A stretch of 64,000 bases of DNA from Candidatus Eiseniibacteriota bacterium (lineage in GTDB: Bacteria > Eisenbacteria > RBG-16-71-46). This document shows, in pieces, positions 7,804-16,672 of this stretch (the first letter of the stretch is position 1; the number at the start of each line of letters is the position of its first letter). The translations under genes and the position numbers were made by a program. The stretch lies in assembly GCA_963717505.1 (NCBI GenBank), contig OY970342.1, forward strand, positions 2,592,001 through 2,656,000, read 5' to 3'. The notes under the pieces are model-generated. The model did no database searches and had not been told where the DNA came from. It saw nothing but the letters and a program-made list of their open reading frames with translations.

Positions 7804-10800
7804 AAGCCCGGCTGGAAGCTGAACTGCCAGTACCAGCCCTTCTGCGGGCGGTCGTTGGGATGAACCAGATCCATCTCGGCGATCAGGAAGCCGAACAAGT
7901 TCATACGCATCGCGACTCCGTGGCTGCTGACGACGTTCTGCTGGCCGTTCCGATAGGTCGGATCGTCGCCCATGCCCCATGCCGAACCGACATCGAAGAA
8001 CGCCGCCAGTTCGACCGGCGGCATCATCGCGCTGCGCAGCACCCCGAGCGGGCCGAACACCGGCAGTCGGGCCTCGACGTTGGCCACGGCCAAGCGGCTG
8101 CCGAACAGGCGATCCCACGACTCGCACGGACCGAACCCGGTCGGGTCCTCGCACTCGCTGACCCGGAAGGACTCCTGGTCGTATCCGCGCACCAGGCTCG
8201 GGTAGCCGAGGAACAGGGAGCTCATCAGCGGGGACTCCGCGTCGGGACCATAACGGCCAAAGGTCAGAGCCCTGCCCGCCAGGGTCAGCGGCCGCATCGG
8301 CATCACGTAGTGCCGAAGGTCGAGCAGGAAGCTGTTGTAGACCAGGTCGCCGGCATAGACATCGAGCTCGATGCGCCCGCGGCTGCCGAGGACCGGGCTC
8401 GTGCCGCCAAACAACGAATTGTCGTGGACCAGGGCAACGATCCCGACCCCCATGTCGAGCGCCTCCGGATCGGCGTAGAAGCCGCCGGTGGTCTCGCTGA
8501 CCAGACGGCCGGAGCCGTCGTAGAGGCGCGTCGTCAACTCGCTCTCGAACCCGACACTGCGGAATCCGCCGGCGAACTCGATGCGCCGAATGCGGTCGAA
8601 GGGATAGGCCACGGTCCCGAGCGCGCGACGCTCGACCTGCCAGATGAGCGCGACGTCCTCCTGGGTGCCCTGCGAGCCATCGGGAAGCTGGACGACGTTG
8701 TACTCCAGGCCTCGGGTCAGATACGGGACCTGGCTCAACTCGACGCCCCAGTTCCAGCGCCGCCTCAGATTCCGATAGTCGAGGACCGCGGCGACGTTGT
8801 TCAGGAAGTTGCCGCCGTCCGAACTGATCTCCAGATAGGTGGCGAGATTGTGATCGCCGAGCATGTCGCTCCAGTAGAGTGTGGCGCCGCCGCCGCCCGA
8901 CACGCTGCCGCCACCGACGCCAAAGCCGATGCCCACCTGGGACACCTTGTCGAGTGACAGCGAGGGGCGATAACCCGTCTGCTCGAATCCGGTGGTGTCG
9001 ACCAGTCCCTCTTCGGGGTCTTCGAGCATTGATTGGACCTCCCCGCGCTCCGAAGTGATCGGCTGCATCCGGGTGCGGAAGTCCACGGTGTCGGTAGGCG
9101 CACTACGCGCATACGAGGGCGATCCGGCGAACGGCGGATCCTGGACGTCGTTCGGATCATTGAGGGCCTGCTCGCCGGCCGGCGGCAGGCCGATGTCCAG
9201 CGATTCGGGGAGGGCGCGAACGGTATTGGTCACCGCGAAATCGGGATAGTCGGGTGGCAGGATCCAGGCGGCCAGCGAGTCCGCTCCGAACACCAGCGGC
9301 TGACCTCTGGTCGACAACGAGTCCAGGGCGAAGATCGAATAGGCCCCGTTCTCGTAGGCCGCGAATACCATCCGATCGCCGGTGCGCGACACCGAGATGG
9401 CCGGGCTGGTGGCGGTCAGGCCGCTGACGCCGGTGCCGACGTTCGTGATCTGCGTCCAGGTCTGCGACTCGAGTTCGAGCCGGACCAGGTTCGGGATCCC
9501 GCCCGGCGCGGCGATGCAGTAGAGCGCGCGGCCGTCGGGCGACCACTGCGGGTTCAGGTGCTTGGAATTCGGCAACGACGGCAGCAGATGGACCGAACCA
9601 TCGGGAATGTCGAGCAAGGCCAGTCGCAGGTGGCCATGCGACAGGTTCTCAATCGGAGCGAATCGCTCGGTGATGAACGCGATGCTCTTGCCGTCCGGCG
9701 ACCAGGCCGGTTGCAGGTCGGCGGGCAGGTCGTTCGTCCACCGACGCACGCTTCCGGAGTGCAGATCGATCGAGAACAAGTCGGTGTGACCGCCCGCGAG
9801 TGCCGAGAACGCGATGGAACGGCCGTCGGGCGACCACGACAGCGTCCAGATCTCGCCGATTTCGCGCACGGAATATTGGCGGCGCGTCTGACCCGAGGCC
9901 ACGTCGATCACCTGGATCGCCGACCGCCCGTTGCGGACGGTCGCGAACGCGAACTGGCGGTTGTCGGGGCTCCATGAACCCGCGCCGCTGACGAACTGAA
10001 GGCTCTGCAGGTGGGGATCCACCGCGGTGCGCGTCACGCGCCTGCTGATTCGGCCGGTGTGCGCGTCGGCGAGATACAACTCGATCGAGAACAGATCCCG
10101 CTCCGAGAGGAACATCACCTGACGTCCGTCGGGGCTGAGCGAGGGCGCCAGGTTGTACACGCCGCGATCGCCGGTGGAGCCGATCAGGGGCTTGACCAGC
10201 GCGGTCGGCGGCTGCCCACCGACACGGTCGGACTGGGCGCGCAGCGCCCGATGCCAGTCCCGAGCCAGCGAATCGGTCGGCACCCCGAGGACTGCCGAGA
10301 AGGCCTGTTCCATCTCGATGCCCCTCGAGACCGCCTTGAGCAGTTCTCCGATCGCGCGATCGCCCCAGCGCTCGCCGACGTAGGACCACAGGGAGTGGCC
10401 CCAGCGATACGGGAAGTAGCGGTACTCGGCCAGGTGCGCGAGGTCGGGCAGTTCCTTGCCGCTGCGCACGGCGTCGCGCATCCACATCGAGGTGTGCGGA
10501 TCGATCGGGCCAATGGTCAGGTACTCCGCCATGCCTTCGATGAACCACAACGGCATGCGCATCGCGACCGATCCGCCGACCCGCGAACGACCCATGATGT
10601 CGTACTGGAACGCATGAACCAGCTCGTGGCCGACGACGTGGTCGGTCTCGGCCAGCGAACCCGAGAAGGGCAGCACGATGCGCCGCTTGACCGACTCGGT
10701 GACACCGCCGGTGCTCTCGTCCAGGTCGCCCTGAATCGCGTTGGTCTGTTCGAAGTGCGGGTGGCTGGCATACATGATCAGCGGCTGCCGCCCGGCCAGC

Positions 10801-11051
10801 TCGTGATTCAGCACTCGGGACAGGCGCGTGTACCAGCGTTCGGCCATCCGTGCGGCGGTCGGGATGGCGTCCGACTCCTCGCTGTAGTAGTAGACGTCGA
10901 AGTGTTCGGTCTTGAGGATGTCGAAATCGAAGGTCCGGTAGTTGACCTTGTTCCGGCCGAAATACTGGGCCGAGGCCGGGTTCGATCCGAGCACGAGCAA
11001 GACGGCGGCTGTCGCCAGCGGCCCGAGCTTGCGTGGCTGGCAAAAGGACAT
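7800..11051 (-). CDS. Outer-membrane protein: gluzincin-like peptidase domain + TolB/PD40 beta-propeller + Omp85/BamA-type barrel
   Basis: Signal peptide ending ASA-QYFGRNKV, HELVH...WFIEGMAEY, several (W)SPDG repeats, LVRGY barrel motif, AFFDVGSAW, terminal Phe. Confidence 0.85.
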   Translation of the reverse strand: MSFCQPRKLGPLATAAVLLVLGSNPASAQYFGRNKVNYRTFDFDILKTEHFDVYYYSEESDAIPTAARMAERWYTRLSRVLNHELAGRQPLIMYASHPHFEQTNAIQGDLDESTGGVTESVKRRIVLPFSGSLAETDHVVGHELVHAFQYDIMGRSRVGGSVAMRMPLWFIEGMAEYLTIGPIDPHTSMWMRDAVRSGKELPDLAHLAEYRYFPYRWGHSLWSYVGERWGDRAIGELLKAVSRGIEMEQAFSAVLGVPTDSLARDWHRALRAQSDRVGGQPPTALVKPLIGSTGDRGVYNLAPSLSPDGRQVMFLSERDLFSIELYLADAHTGRISRRVTRTAVDPHLQSLQFVSGAGSWSPDNRQFAFATVRNGRSAIQVIDVASGQTRRQYSVREIGEIWTLSWSPDGRSIAFSALAGGHTDLFSIDLHSGSVRRWTNDLPADLQPAWSPDGKSIAFITERFAPIENLSHGHLRLALLDIPDGSVHLLPSLPNSKHLNPQWSPDGRALYCIAAPGGIPNLVRLELESQTWTQITNVGTGVSGLTATSPAISVSRTGDRMVFAAYENGAYSIFALDSLSTRGQPLVFGADSLAAWILPPDYPDFAVTNTVRALPESLDIGLPPAGEQALNDPNDVQDPPFAGSPSYARSAPTDTVDFRTRMQPITSERGEVQSMLEDPEEGLVDTTGFEQTGYRPSLSLDKVSQVGIGFGVGGGSVSGGGGATLYWSDMLGDHNLATYLEISSDGGNFLNNVAAVLDYRNLRRRWNWGVELSQVPYLTRGLEYNVVQLPDGSQGTQEDVALIWQVERRALGTVAYPFDRIRRIEFAGGFRSVGFESELTTRLYDGSGRLVSETTGGFYADPEALDMGVGIVALVHDNSLFGGTSPVLGSRGRIELDVYAGDLVYNSFLLDLRHYVMPMRPLTLAGRALTFGRYGPDAESPLMSSLFLGYPSLVRGYDQESFRVSECEDPTGFGPCESWDRLFGSRLAVANVEARLPVFGPLGVLRSAMMPPVELAAFFDVGSAWGMGDDPTYRNGQQNVVSSHGVAMRMNLFGFLIAEMDLVHPNDRPQKGWYWQFSFQPGF

Positions 11052-11183
11052 GCGATTCCTCAGTAATCGACGCGCCCGGCCCCGAGTGGAATTTTTACGT
11101 CGGTTCCAGGCCGCCGGCCGCGCCTTTGGATTCCGCCGCTCCCGAAGAGGCTCTGGTATTGTAACTCGCGGGATGTCATCTCG

Positions 11184-11981
11184 ATGACAATGATGCCAGC
11201 ATCGGGGCCGGGAGGCGAGCCGGCCGCCGGTGACGCGCCGGCCCTGGAGTTTTCGGCAGTTCGCAAGCGCTTCGGCACGTTCGTCGCGGTCGACGGCGTC
11301 ACGTTCGAAGTGCCGGCGGGCCGGTGTACGGCGCTGCTCGGCCCGAGCGGCTGTGGCAAGTCGACCCTGCTTCGCCTGGCCCTCGGGCTCCTCAAGCCGG
11401 ACGAGGGTGCCGTGCGATTCGCAGGCCGCGACACGAGTGAACCCGGAATGCGAACGCGAATGGGCTACGTCATTCAGGACGGTGGCCTGTTCCCTCACCT
11501 GACCGCCGCCCAGAATCTCGGCCTCAAGACGCGAGACCTAGGCTGGCCGGCGGCGCGGATCGCACGGCGTATCGACGAAGTCGCCGGGATCGCCCGATTC
11601 GCCCGCGAGCTGCTCGGTCGCTATCCGCTGCAGCTCTCGGGCGGGCAGCGGCAGCGCGTCGGCCTGATGCGCGCCCTGATGCTGGATCCCGAGCTGCTGC
11701 TGCTCGACGAGCCGCTCGCAGCACTCGATCCGATCGTCCGCGCGGGCCTCCAAGAGGAGTTGCGGCGCATCTTTCGAGAGTTGAGGAAGACCGTGGTGTT
11801 CGTGACTCACGACCTGGTCGAGGCCGCCTACGTCGCCGACGAGATCGTGCTGCTCCGTGCCGGCCGGCTGGTGCAGCGCGGGCGGTGGCGGGACTTGAAG
11901 GACCAGCCGGCGGAGGATTTCGTTCGCGAGTTCGTCCGCGCCCAGCGCACGCTGCACGACGTCGAGGGAATCCCACAGTGA
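11184..11981 (+). CDS. Osmoprotectant/betaine-type ABC transporter ATP-binding protein
   Basis: GPSGCGKST, MGYVIQDGGLFPHLT, LSGGQRQRV, LLLDEP, FVTHD. Confidence 0.9.
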   Translation: MTMMPASGPGGEPAAGDAPALEFSAVRKRFGTFVAVDGVTFEVPAGRCTALLGPSGCGKSTLLRLALGLLKPDEGAVRFAGRDTSEPGMRTRMGYVIQDGGLFPHLTAAQNLGLKTRDLGWPAARIARRIDEVAGIARFARELLGRYPLQLSGGQRQRVGLMRALMLDPELLLLDEPLAALDPIVRAGLQEELRRIFRELRKTVVFVTHDLVEAAYVADEIVLLRAGRLVQRGRWRDLKDQPAEDFVREFVRAQRTLHDVEGIPQ

Positions 11982-13513
11982 GGGGCCGTCGCGCCGGGTT
12001 CCTGGCCGCGATTCTCGTGTTGGCCGGACTCCTGGGCGCCGGCCCGGCGCCGCGAACGCTGGTCATCGGCTCCAAGGCGTTCCCGGAATCGTGGATCCTG
12101 GGCGAGAGCATGGCGACGCTGGCTCGATCCTCCGGTCCTTCGGTCGAGCACCGCGCCAACCTGGGCGGGACCGAGATCGTTTACGCGGCGTTGTTGAGCG
12201 GCGCTGTCGACGCGTATCCCGAGTACACGGGAACCATTGCCGAAGTGATCCTCAAGAGCCCGGGCCGTCCCTCGTTGGCGGAGCTGAGAACCGGGCTCGC
12301 ACCGCAGGGGATCGGGGTGTCCGAGCCTCTGGGCTTCAACGACGGGTACGCCCTGGCGGTGACCGCGAGGACCCGGGATCGGCTGAATCTGCGCACGATC
12401 TCCGATCTCGCACGCCACCCGGAACTCGAGCTCGGGGTCACCCACGAGTTCCTGGGCCGACGCGACGGTTGGCCCGGTCTGGCCCCGGCGTACGGTCTTG
12501 GTGCGCACGCGGTGCGTGGCATCCAGCACGAGCTGGCCTACGAGGCCCTGGCGTCGGGTCGAGTGGACGTGATCGACATCTACACGACCGATGCGCAGAT
12601 CGAGCGAATGAAGCTCGCGGTGCTCGAGGACGACCTCGGCTTCTTTCCGCGCTACGACGCCGTCATCCTCTACCGCCTCGACCTCGAGCGCGAAGCAGCG
12701 TCCGCACTGTCCAGCATCCGACAGCTGGAAGGCCGGATCGACGAGAAGCGGATGATTCGCGCGAACGCGTGCGTGGTCCTCGAGGGGCAACCGACGTCCT
12801 CGGCGGCGGCCGGGCTGTTGGCCGATATCGGGCTCGTGGGTGAGCCGCCCACGGGAGAGGACACTCCCGGACTCGGAGAGCGAACGACGGTCGAGGTCAT
12901 CACCGCCAACACGGTTCAGCATCTGAAGCTGGTCGCGATCTCGCTCACCGGCGCGGTGCTCGCGGGCGTCCCGCTCGGGATCCTCGCGACTCGTGCTCCC
13001 TGGCTCGCGACACTGACGCTCGCGGGCGCCGGGATGCTGCAGACCATTCCGTCGCTGGCGCTGCTCGCATTCCTCATCCCATGGCTCGGGGTCGGTGCAG
13101 GTCCCGCGCTGGTGGCACTCTTCCTCTACAGCCTTCTGCCGATCGTGCGGAACACGTTCGTCGGCCTGACGTCGATCTCTCCCGGACTCGAGGAATCGGC
13201 GCGAGCCCTGGCGCTTCGCTGGCGCACCGATCTCTGGGGCGTGCGCTTGCCATTGGCCTCGCCCGCGATCATGGCGGGAATCAAGATCAGCGCCGTGATC
13301 AACGTCGGCACGGCCACGTTGGCAGCGCTCATCGGCGCGGGGGGCCTCGGGGATCCGATCCTGGCCGGAATTCAGCTCCGGCGGCCGGACCTCATCCTAC
13401 AGGGCGCGGTCCCGGCGGCGGCGCTTGCACTTGTGATCCAATGGGGGTTCGATGCCCTCGACCGGCTCGTCATCCCGCGCGGGCTCAGGCTGCCGCCGGA
13501 GCCGGGGGCATGA
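11978..13513 (+). CDS. Fused betaine-type ABC substrate-binding protein + permease (OsmF/OpuAC domain, then ProW-like domain)
   Basis: IGSKAFPESWILGE, YPEYTGT, LGFNDGYALAV, DIYTTDA, FFPRYDAV, then TM region QTIPSLALLA...ESARAL. GTG start overlaps the ATPase stop. Confidence 0.9.
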   Translation: MRGRRAGFLAAILVLAGLLGAGPAPRTLVIGSKAFPESWILGESMATLARSSGPSVEHRANLGGTEIVYAALLSGAVDAYPEYTGTIAEVILKSPGRPSLAELRTGLAPQGIGVSEPLGFNDGYALAVTARTRDRLNLRTISDLARHPELELGVTHEFLGRRDGWPGLAPAYGLGAHAVRGIQHELAYEALASGRVDVIDIYTTDAQIERMKLAVLEDDLGFFPRYDAVILYRLDLEREAASALSSIRQLEGRIDEKRMIRANACVVLEGQPTSSAAAGLLADIGLVGEPPTGEDTPGLGERTTVEVITANTVQHLKLVAISLTGAVLAGVPLGILATRAPWLATLTLAGAGMLQTIPSLALLAFLIPWLGVGAGPALVALFLYSLLPIVRNTFVGLTSISPGLEESARALALRWRTDLWGVRLPLASPAIMAGIKISAVINVGTATLAALIGAGGLGDPILAGIQLRRPDLILQGAVPAAALALVIQWGFDALDRLVIPRGLRLPPEPGA

Positions 13514-13636
13514 TGCGTCGGACTCGAGGTGGCGGAAGGGACCGCCGAGAACGAGCGGGCCCGGGGCGCTCGGAACCCTTCCGGTTCGCGGTCTGCCGCG
13601 AATCGGTTCGGGCATGGAATACCTGAGGAGCGACAC

Positions 13637-15643
13637 ATGAGACGGACGATCGCGTTGATTTGCCTGGCCGGGTTACTCACGGCGCGCGGGGTGCCGGCCG
13701 CCGAAACGGCGGCGGGCGACAGCGTGGCGATGACGGTTCCCGAAGTGGTCGTCAACGCCCTGCGCGGCAGGGACGTGCTGCGCAACGTTCCGGCGCCGGC
13801 CTTCGTCGTCTCGCGTGCCGACCTGACGCGGTCCGGCGCCGAGCGCGTCGCCACGGTGCTCGGCCGGCTCCCCGGGCTCCACGGCTACGGACAGTCGGGG
13901 ATCGGCGAGGCGCGGGTTCTGGATCCCCGCGGTTTCACCGCGAACGGCGAGAGCTCCTACCTCAAGCTGCTGGTGAACGGCCAGGACGTCCGCGGCGTCG
14001 AGAACGGCGACGTGGACTGGGACTGGGTGATGACCGACGACGTCGAGCGCCTCGAGATCGTCCAGGGTTCCGGCGCCTGGCTTTACGGCGACGGCACTGA
14101 GGGCGGGGTGGTCAACGTCGTGCGGCGCGACCCGGCGTCGGGCTTCCAGTCGGATGGCATGCTGAGGGCCGGCAGCTTCGGCCTCGTCTCCGGCAACCTG
14201 CAAGCTTCCGGCGGCGGGGAGGCGTTCAGGGGCGGCGTCCGCGGCAGCCTCCGCAACGCCGACGGCTATCGGGACCGCAGCCAGGAGACGGTGGTCTCCG
14301 GCGGCGCCGACGGCACCTGGAACCTGTCGGATCGGACCCGGCTCACGCTCGACGTCAGCGTGCTCGACACCCGGCACGAGGAACCCGGGGCGTTGACCGC
14401 GGACCAGCTGCGCACCGATCGCGACCAGGCCGACACGCAGACCGATTACGTCCACGCGCGCCGCATGGCGACGGGCCTCCACCTGGTGCATCACACGGAG
14501 GCGGAGGCGGAGTGGCTGTTCATGCCCTACGTGCGCACCGAGGACGTGGACCAGATCCGGACGCTCTACATTCCCGACTTCTCGGGTGGGTTCTTCCCCG
14601 AGACCAAGTCGCATCCGACGGAGGCCGTGACGTTCGGGGCCGAGGCCGGGTGGCGGGGACTCATGCGCGCGGTCGCGCTCAGCGCCGGGATCCAGGCCGA
14701 GCGGGCGCGGCTGCAGAGCGACCACCGGAGCACGGCCGACGGCACGCTCGAGGCGAGCGGCACCGGGTGGCGCGACGCCTGGTCGGGGTTCGCCAGCGCG
14801 CGCGTGCCGGTGGGCGGGCGCGCGAGCTTCAGGCTCGGCCTGCGCGGCGACGTCATCCGGGTCGGGCCGCTCGAGATCCCGGGGGCGAACGGGATCCCGT
14901 CCCGCACCCTGTCGGCCGCGAGCCCCTTCGTGGCGCTGAGCCGCGAGGTCGGCGAACGCGGCACGGTCTGGGCCAGCTTCAGCACGGCGTTCCGGGTGCC
15001 GACGCTGAACCAGCTGTTCGATCAGCGGGCGCTCGGCGGGGCGGTCGTGATCTCGAATCCGAGCCTCGATCCGCAGCGCTCGCTCAACTTCGAGGTCGGC
15101 GGACGGTGGGGTGGCGCGGGCGGCCGCTCGGCCACGGTCGCCGTCTACTCCTCGCAGGTCACGGACGAGATCGACTTCGACCTCGGGACGTTCCAGTACG
15201 CCAACATCGGCGAGAGTTGGCATCGCGGCGTCGAGGCGTCCGTCGTTCAGCCGCTGGGCCGCCAGTTGACGGCGACAGCGACCGGCGCGTGGACCCCGAC
15301 CACGATCGAGGGCGGCGCCGACGACGGCAACCAGATCAACGCCGTGCCCGAGGGCATGGCCTATGGGGCGCTGCGCTGGGCGCCCGGGGACCGCTGGTCG
15401 CTGGAGGGCGGCGTGCGGTACACCGGCCGGCAGTTCCTCGACAAGGCGAACCAGAGCACGCTTCCGGACTACGCGACCCTCGAGCTGGCGGGATCGGTCC
15501 GGGCGGCACGCGCACGGCTCACGCTACGGATCGCGAACCTGCTCGACAACGAGTACCAGGAATCCGGTTACATCGACCCGCGGGGTGCCGAGTACTTCCC
15601 GGCGGCGGGGCGGTCGGCGTCGCTCGGGCTGTCGCTCGACTAG
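13637..15643 (+). CDS. TonB-dependent receptor
   Basis: TonB box EVVVNA, plug ERLEIVQGSGAWLYGDGTEGGVVNVV, FRVPTLNQLF, NPSLDPQRS, IANLLDNEY...GRSASLGLSLD. RBS GAGGAG. Confidence 0.9.
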   Translation: MRRTIALICLAGLLTARGVPAAETAAGDSVAMTVPEVVVNALRGRDVLRNVPAPAFVVSRADLTRSGAERVATVLGRLPGLHGYGQSGIGEARVLDPRGFTANGESSYLKLLVNGQDVRGVENGDVDWDWVMTDDVERLEIVQGSGAWLYGDGTEGGVVNVVRRDPASGFQSDGMLRAGSFGLVSGNLQASGGGEAFRGGVRGSLRNADGYRDRSQETVVSGGADGTWNLSDRTRLTLDVSVLDTRHEEPGALTADQLRTDRDQADTQTDYVHARRMATGLHLVHHTEAEAEWLFMPYVRTEDVDQIRTLYIPDFSGGFFPETKSHPTEAVTFGAEAGWRGLMRAVALSAGIQAERARLQSDHRSTADGTLEASGTGWRDAWSGFASARVPVGGRASFRLGLRGDVIRVGPLEIPGANGIPSRTLSAASPFVALSREVGERGTVWASFSTAFRVPTLNQLFDQRALGGAVVISNPSLDPQRSLNFEVGGRWGGAGGRSATVAVYSSQVTDEIDFDLGTFQYANIGESWHRGVEASVVQPLGRQLTATATGAWTPTTIEGGADDGNQINAVPEGMAYGALRWAPGDRWSLEGGVRYTGRQFLDKANQSTLPDYATLELAGSVRAARARLTLRIANLLDNEYQESGYIDPRGAEYFPAAGRSASLGLSLD

Positions 15644-15694
15644 ACCGGCACGATCGCGGGAGAACGGTGTCGCGGGGCGCCGTGACGAGCGGGC

Positions 15695-16669
15695 TCACTC
15701 CGCCACGTAGAGCGTTTGGGCGAACGACCACTCCGCATCCAGCCACTGCCCCTCGATCCGGAACGCCAATCGTTCAGCGAAGCCGGCGAGGTCGGAGTCG
15801 CGGAACTTGTGCGAGCTTTCGGTCCAGATCGTCTCGCCCTCGTCGAATTCGACGACCTGTCGTGCGGCCGGGACGCGCACCGTCTGGTGTTGGAGCGATG
15901 CGAGATGCATCTCGATTCGGCGCTCGTGCGCGTTCCAGCGGACCACGTGCCGGAAGCGGGACAGGATGAAGTCGCCGCCCAGCTCGCGATTGATGCGTAC
16001 CAGCAGATTGCGGTTGAAGGCCGCGGTGACCCCGGCCGGGTCGTCGTAGGCCAGGACTAGGCGCTCGACCTCCTTCTCCATGTCGGTGGCCAGGAGCAGG
16101 CGATCCCCGGGTTGCAGCAACCGCCGCACTTCGCCCAGGAACGCGGAGCCCGCCTCGCGGTCGAAATTGCCGATCGTGCTGCCGAGGAAGAGAACGAGCA
16201 GGGCCTGATCCGGCTGCCGGCGCGCGACCGCCGCGCGCAGGCCGTCGAGGTACTCGGCCTCGAAGCCGACGATGGTCACCGAATCGATGCGATCCAGCTC
16301 GCGTCCGGCCTGGGTCAGCGCCGACATCGAGATGTCGATCGGGCAATAGGTCACGGGACCGCGCCGCGCCAGGACCTCGAGCAGCGTGCGGGTGTTTCGC
16401 GCGCTGCCGCTCCCCAGCTCGGCCACGACTGCGGACCCGGGGACCGGGCTCAGGATCTCTTCGGCGTGGCGGTGAATCAGACGCTCGCCAGCCCGGGTCA
16501 GACCGTACTCCGGCAGGAACGTGATCGCCTCGAACAGCGCCGACCCGACCGCGTCGTACAGATACTTGCTCGGTAGCTCCTTCTGGCCGGCGCGGGTCAG
16601 ACCTGCGCGGACGTCGTCGGCGAAGCGCACCGAGGGCGCACTGGCGTCGAGCGAGATGGTGAGCGCCAC
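15695..16669 (-). CDS. egtD: L-histidine N-alpha-methyltransferase EgtD
   Basis: QKELPSKYLYDAVGSALFEAITFLPEYGLTR, ELGSGS, FLGSTIGNF, AYDDPAGVTAAFNRN, RIEMHL, IWTESSHKF. Confidence 0.95.
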   Translation of the reverse strand: MALTISLDASAPSVRFADDVRAGLTRAGQKELPSKYLYDAVGSALFEAITFLPEYGLTRAGERLIHRHAEEILSPVPGSAVVAELGSGSARNTRTLLEVLARRGPVTYCPIDISMSALTQAGRELDRIDSVTIVGFEAEYLDGLRAAVARRQPDQALLVLFLGSTIGNFDREAGSAFLGEVRRLLQPGDRLLLATDMEKEVERLVLAYDDPAGVTAAFNRNLLVRINRELGGDFILSRFRHVVRWNAHERRIEMHLASLQHQTVRVPAARQVVEFDEGETIWTESSHKFRDSDLAGFAERLAFRIEGQWLDAEWSFAQTLYVAE

Positions 16670-16672
16670 GGT

